Shown: positions 58,020 through 64,000 of the stretch, in pieces
Numbering within the stretch: the stretch's first letter is position 1
How the letters are laid out: every line of letters begins with the position of its first letter
Source: Chrysomallon squamiferum
Taxonomy: Eukaryota > Animalia > Mollusca
Reading direction: 5' to 3'
Assembly (NCBI GenBank): GCA_012295275.1
Contig: CM022678.1
Coordinates: 4,402,001-4,466,000 of the forward strand
DNA: 64,000 bases
Program-made: the position numbers and the translations under genes
Notes under the pieces: model-generated
The model's input: the letters and a program-made list of their open reading frames with translations, nothing else
Databases searched by the model: none
What the model was told of the DNA's origin: nothing

Positions 58020-59110
58020 ATCAGTCTAAAGGTCAGACAGTATCGCATTTAATACCTGCTTTTGTTTGGGGTCTACAGGTCATCAAAGAGTCGTATTAAA
58101 ACCAGTCAAGGTCCGGGTCTAACGTTCGTATTAAATGACTCACATTTCATCTGCTATTGTTGTGGGGTCTATAGATCATTAAAAAGGATACGGTAATCGG
58201 TCTGAAGTTCAAAAAAATAATCTTATTAATAGTTGAATTCGGTTTAGATCTATAGGTCATATTAAATATATTTCTCAATCATGTGTTCATATTAAAACGA
58301 TCAGATTAATATCCTTTCATCTACTTCTGTATTGGATCTGTAGGTCATAAGACGTTTACAACGAAAACGGGTCTAAAATATCAACAACAAAAAAAATATT
58401 GCTGTTATCACCAGCTTTTTATGTTAGGTCTATAGGTCATAAGACAGTTCTTTTTTTTATCATTATCTCTTAAACTATAACTTTAAAACCACGTAAAACA
58501 TAATTTATGTTACCTCTATAAATCATAATAAATGTTTATCATTATCTCATAAATTATTGTATTAAAACCATTCGTATTACTTCTGTAGGTCATAATATCA
58601 TCATATTATCTTAACACCCTTAGTCGTGGGTCTAAATTAAAATGATCATACACATATATGTTTCTGTGTTCGGTTTATTTACGACATAAAAGAAAAAAAG
58701 AAATTAGAAAAAGTGATACAAAATCCTCGAGCCTGGGTCTAAAATTAAAATAACCAATCTCAAATATGGACGTTTTTATACATCGGGTCTATAGGTTATA
58801 GAACAAGGATATTTATGCACATCTCAAATACCTTAATCTTGATCATTCATACTAAAATATTTGTCGACGCTCGATTTTGGGACTAAGGATAAAATGATTC
58901 AATCGTCTGCTTTTGTTTCGGGTCTATAATTCAAAAAACGTCATAATAACCAACGTCACAAAATCCTCAGTTTAAGTCTAAGTTGAAAAATGATGACTTG
59001 TTTCTGTACAGAGTATATACGTCATAAATTATTCATTTGCGTCATAAATCCCGCAGTGCCGGTTCTAGACGTCACAATAAAATCACAGTATATCATGTAG
59101 GTCTAGTCCA
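58020..59110. repeat. Degenerate ~85-95-bp tandem repeat immediately 3' of the GPCR stop (GGTCTATAGGTCAT core)
   Basis: ggtctacaggtcat (58070), ggtctatagatcat (58166), gatctataggtcat (58247), gatctgtaggtcat (58335), ggtctataggtcat (58427), tctgtaggtcat (58582) and gggtctataggttat (58785), alternating with gggtctaa(a) motifs. Confidence 0.7.
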
Positions 59111-59159
59111 GATCATTTCAAAAATATCATACTGACATTTGACATAAATATAGCATTCT

Positions 59160-59590
59160 AAATTTTAAATTTTTATGTAAATCTAATATTTTAATTTTTG
59201 AATTCTTATGTAAATTTAATCTTTAAATTTTAATTTGTTACCTAAACATAACAGTTTGTTTTTTCCTTAAATCTAATATGTTAATTTTTTAATATTTTCT
59301 TCAATCTAATATTTTAATATTTAAATTCTTTCTTCAATCTAATATTTTAATATTTAAATTCTTTCTTCAATCTAACATTTTAATTTTTTTAAACTCTTAC
59401 TTAAATCTAACATTTTAACTTCTGACTTCTTGAATAAAACATTTTAATTTTCAAGTTCTTACGAAAATCTGATATTTTAATTCTAACTTCATACTTTTAT
59501 TTTTTTATTTTTTTTAAATTGTTACGTAAATCTAATATTTTAATTTTAAATTGTTACGTAAATCCAATATTTTAATTTTAAATTCTTACG
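59160..59590. repeat. AT-rich ~32-bp minisatellite (AAATCTAATATTTTAATTTTAAATTGTTACGT)
   Basis: gttacgtaaatc recurs at 59521 and 59553 (32-bp period), with more diverged units back to ~59160. Confidence 0.85.
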
Positions 59591-60293
59591 TACTCACGCA
59601 CTCATCTCATACTGCATGAAAATCTGATTACAACAACATATTTCTGACATTCTCTTCTGTTCTTAGTATCAGTCTTATATCTAACACTCGGGAATGCTTT
59701 TTCAACAGACTAAACGTCACATTAACATTATTACACATACGCTTCTGTCATGAGTCCAAATCTTCAATACAGCGCATGTTATTTATTCTAGACTCTTAAA
59801 TATTATCCGAAACTGTCAAACTGTCAGACTGGCAGTTTCAAAAGTTATATTAAATTTATCCTGCACGCACGCATTTCCCTCTTAGGTCTAAATGGAACTC
59901 CAGCAATCTCAGAACTCAAGTCACTATTTTGAAATGATTTTAATTCTTGGATCAATACGCCATAATTTAAAGTTTTGATTGAACGTACTAGGATGCGTTT
60001 CATTTTGCAACGCACGTACTCTTTCAACTTTTGCAACTGTCTTTCATATTCAGATCATTTAATCTTGAGTCCATGTGTCATAAAAAAAGCTATACAAAAA
60101 ATACTCGAGTTCATGCCCCGTTATTGGATCTTCATTTTTTTCTATTAAAATTTGCATTGTTATTATTATTTTTTTTTTCTTACTCTTTGATTTTTCAGTT
60201 TAATTCTTATATTAAATTCCTTTACTCATTCTAGCGTAGGTTTCCGAAACTCATGTTTCAAGTTTCTGAGTCTAAAGGTTAAACACGCACACA

Positions 60294-60329
<36 letters not shown>

Positions 60330-61662
60330 TACAAAGCTGTTCTGTAGTTTGAGGGAAATACATTTGATTGAACTATAGTTCAAAATAACACATCAAGCGA
60401 CATCACGTAATAAATGCAAATTTAAATGATATTAATCCAATTAAAGAAAAAAAATTACTCTATCTATTTAACTTTTTCATTAATTATTAATTATTTTTAG
60501 TATTAGACGCATTGCAAGATTTCTAAGTCTATATTAGAATTTAAGGAACAATCAAATAAATAAGGAATAATAATAAAAATCAGAAAAACAACAACTACAA
60601 CAACAACATCAACAACAACAGCAATAATAATAATAAAAATAATAATAGTAGAAGTATTAGAAATAATAACAACAACAACAGTAATAATAATAATAACACC
60701 AACAAAAACAAAAACAACAACAACAACAACGATGATAATGTATATGTCCATATACTCCATATAAGTTACCTATCACTTTTTAAAACAAAACTAACAAAAC
60801 ACTTTATCCAAAATGATACACAACACCAGACTTGGGCTAATATCTCCACTGAAAAAAATACACCGCATTCTTCATTCAAAAACAGGACTAACTGAGCTGC
60901 TTTTGAGAGAGAAAAAAACCCGCAAGAAGAATATAGACTCCTACATTCCATGAAAACCGCCGTATAGTTGCTACAAAAGTAGAGACTACCGCCTAAAACC
61001 ATTTTCAGTGGCCGCAGTTTTAGTTCGTACGAACCAACGTAGCTGAAAGCAGTTTAGTAACTATATATGACTAGAGGTCATTGAAACTAGGGCTTGTTCT
61101 GGTGTTGAAAGAAGGCCTGGAAATGACAATATGAATAATGAAATATTAAGTCATTGTTACCTCCCATCCAGTTTTTTTGAATTTCAGTGTGTGTCAGGAA
61201 CCGTTTTCGCATCATTACGTCACAGGCTTTTTTTCACAGAGGAGTCAGTGCTTACAAATAAAGGCGCGATCATACAGCACGATCTGGCAAATGTTTTTGT
61301 CAACAGATGTATTACAAAAATTCGAGTTTGACTGCCCTATGTAACACATACACACACACACACATAGGTATATGTATATATTGCAATGTTTTTATTTTTG
61401 GGGGGGGTTTCTCTTTCCTACTACTAATACATGTTGCTATGCCACTAATCCACCACTATTCAAATTGTCCCTGCATTTCTACATGACACATAAATATGCA
61501 TGCAAAATAATTGTACATAAAGTGTCCTGTTTGCAAATATTATCCACGTTTACTAACATGTGACTGCATGAATTAGTATTATTATTATTTATTTTATATT
61601 TTATTTTGTTTTTTAGTAAAGCATTTGTATTACTATTACTATTATTATTACTACTACTATTA

Positions 61663-61705
<43 letters not shown>

Positions 61706-61824
61706 TATTAGTATTATTAGTATTAGTATTACTGATAATTATATATTTATTGCCGCGCCTTATAAAATGTAAATAACTGCCTATCAATAAAGTAGATAGC
61801 GTTTGTACATAAAGTAAATTTTTG

Positions 61825-62035
61825 ACGAATCACTATTTTTTAATTAGTGATTATTTCTATATAATTTAGTCACATTTGTATATTAAGTAACTGTTTATTA
61901 ATCACTATTTCTAAATAAATGAATCACCATGTGTATATCATGTAGTCACTATTTATATATAAGGTCATTTTTGCTAGTCGCTACATATATATATAAAATA
62001 GTCACTATATCTATATTAGTCACTATTTGTAAACA
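61825..62035. repeat. Degenerate ~20-bp repeat (TAGTCACTATTT core)
   Basis: Recurrent aatcactattt / tagtcacattt / tagtcactattt / tagtcgctac / tagtcactata. Confidence 0.65.
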
Positions 62036-62076
62036 TGTTTGTATAAATGATAGTATTTACCGATATTCATCCATTT

Positions 62077-62321
62077 TCTTCATTCTTCTTACTTTCCATT
62101 CATCCATGTATTCTGTTTTTCTTCTTCTTCTTCTTCTTTTTTTTTTCTTAATGACTTCTTTTCTGTTTTTTTCTCTCGTTAATGACGTTTCTGCTTTATG
62201 ACGTCATTGCGATTATTATTACGTTCATAATTATTCGGAACTTGCCGAATGTTCTCCGAAGTGTTACCCACTAGTTATTTCAGGAGAACTAGGAAGTTAA
62301 GTATCGAAATTAAATTCTATA

Positions 62322-62371
<50 letters not shown>

Positions 62372-62780
62372 ATAAACGGGTAAACGTTATTTGAACACTT
62401 TCATGTATAATAGATATATCATATATTTAAATGAACTAAAATATAAATATATATACAATAGCACTATAAAGTATTCGTACCAAAGCCTTTTCATTTTCTT
62501 TCTTTCTTTATTTTTTCTTTCATTAGTTATTATTTTTGGTATTACATACACTGCAAGATTTAATCTTCATTCTTCTTACTTTCCATTCATTCATTTATTC
62601 TGTTTTTCTCTATTCTTTCGTTTTTATTTTTTATTTTTTTGTCAATGACTTCTCGTTAATGACGTTTCTGCTTTATGACGTCATAGTGATTATTATTATC
62701 TTTACTGTTATTCGGAACTTGCCGAATGTTTCCGAATTGTTATCAATAGTTATTTCGGAAAAACTCCGTTACGTATCGAA
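62077..62780. repeat. Direct duplication of ~230 bp (62077-62310 and 62564-62780)
   Basis: Both copies share tcttcattcttcttactttccattcat, ctcgttaatgacgtttctgctttatgacgtcat, ttattcggaacttgccgaatgtt and gtatcgaa. Confidence 0.88.
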
Positions 62781-63262
62781 CAATTTACGTTTAAATTTAG
62801 AGATTATTAAACGTTTATAGGTTTATATATATACCAAATAAAATACTTTCAGTATTATTATTTTTCACCGATTTTGACCGAAACAAAATAAGATTATTAT
62901 TTTTTTTTTTTTTTTTTTTTTTTTGCATAAGTTAACCCAGGATTACTAATATTTCATTCTCCATTTCCACCATATCCACCCCCACGCCTTCTTTCACCCC
63001 ACACAGACCCGGCCCCTGCATTAACGATTTTATTTTTATTTTATTTTATTTTAGCACTGATTAATAATTGTTTAGTCTTTTCCATTCCATGCATGCAGAG
63101 ATTGTGAACTTTTGTTATTGTGTACGTATGTGTATTTCCTTTTGTTTTACATTTTAAATTTCTCATTCTGTATTTTGTTTTGTTTTTTCTTAATTACTCA
63201 CCTCGTTAAGGTTTTTAATAGTAATAGCAATGAAAGAAAGAAATAGAGCAGGCGAAAGACAA

Positions 63263-63345
<83 letters not shown>

Positions 63346-63565
63346 TAAATATATACGTACATACACATACATACATTCTATACACAGATACACGCACATA
63401 CGCATATTCAAAGACACGTAGACTGAAACAATAAAACAATTCTCAGCACTACAGTCAATACAAACGAAAATTTCTTGAAAGAAAGTAAAAAAAATAAAAA
63501 TTAATAAATAAATAATATCCATATAATAAAATAAATAAATTTAAATAAATTAATTAATTAATTAA

Positions 63566-63612
<47 letters not shown>

Positions 63613-63779
63613 ATGAATGAAAACAATAAAACACAGAAAGAAAGGAAAACACAAGAATAATAACAGAGAGAGACAGAGATCGCTATATTTATAACGATAA
63701 TAATGAAAACAAGAACAATGAGGAAAACACCACCACCACCCCCAATAACAACAACAACAACAACAACAATAACAATAAC

Positions 63780-63834
<55 letters not shown>

Positions 63835-64000
63835 GTAAATTCAGAGAACCGATATACAAACGATTTGAAACTTTTACGTCTGATTAGACTCTGCACATAG
63901 ACAGTATTCGAGAACGCACTGGCGCAGGAGGACAAAGTCCAATCACGACCTCACAAACCCGTCAGATACCGCTGACGAGACTCGAACGTATGACACCCAT

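Noticed and set aside
58527-59081. Polyadenylation signals AATAAA (58527, 59076)
   Set aside because: The hexamer is too frequent in this AT-rich DNA to pick a site without transcript data.
63196-63204. Perfect minus-strand donor GAG|GTGAGT
   Set aside because: The would-be exon runs into (CT)n and other low-complexity sequence with no supportable acceptor or coding frame.

Overview
This is an AT-rich, microsatellite-dense eukaryotic (animal, probably lophotrochozoan/molluscan) genomic window. Only one protein-coding gene is supportable: a + strand rhodopsin-like (class A) peptide-type GPCR whose whole 7TM region lies in one exon (ORF 56785..57936). A canonical phase-0 GT-AG intron (55818..56739) appears to join it to a 23-codon upstream exon (55749..55817), giving a predicted 421-aa protein that the ORF track misses. 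Almost all other ORF-track entries are translations of simple repeats. The non-coding ~55 kb contains: a diverged ~1.35-kb tandem duplication; several minisatellites; decayed tRNA-derived SINE heads; a ~185-bp (CT)n-associated repeat present as two inverted copies 22 kb apart; a ~2.2-kb candidate non-autonomous element bounded by inverted repeats; and an apparent excess of TGACGTCA and TCACGTGA palindromes. There are no prokaryotic features such as operons, CRISPR arrays or rRNA. I cannot support a claim of a wholly new biological system. The best leads are the spliced receptor model with its uORF/hairpin leader and the composite repeat element. All alignments were made by eye, so repeat boundaries are approximate.
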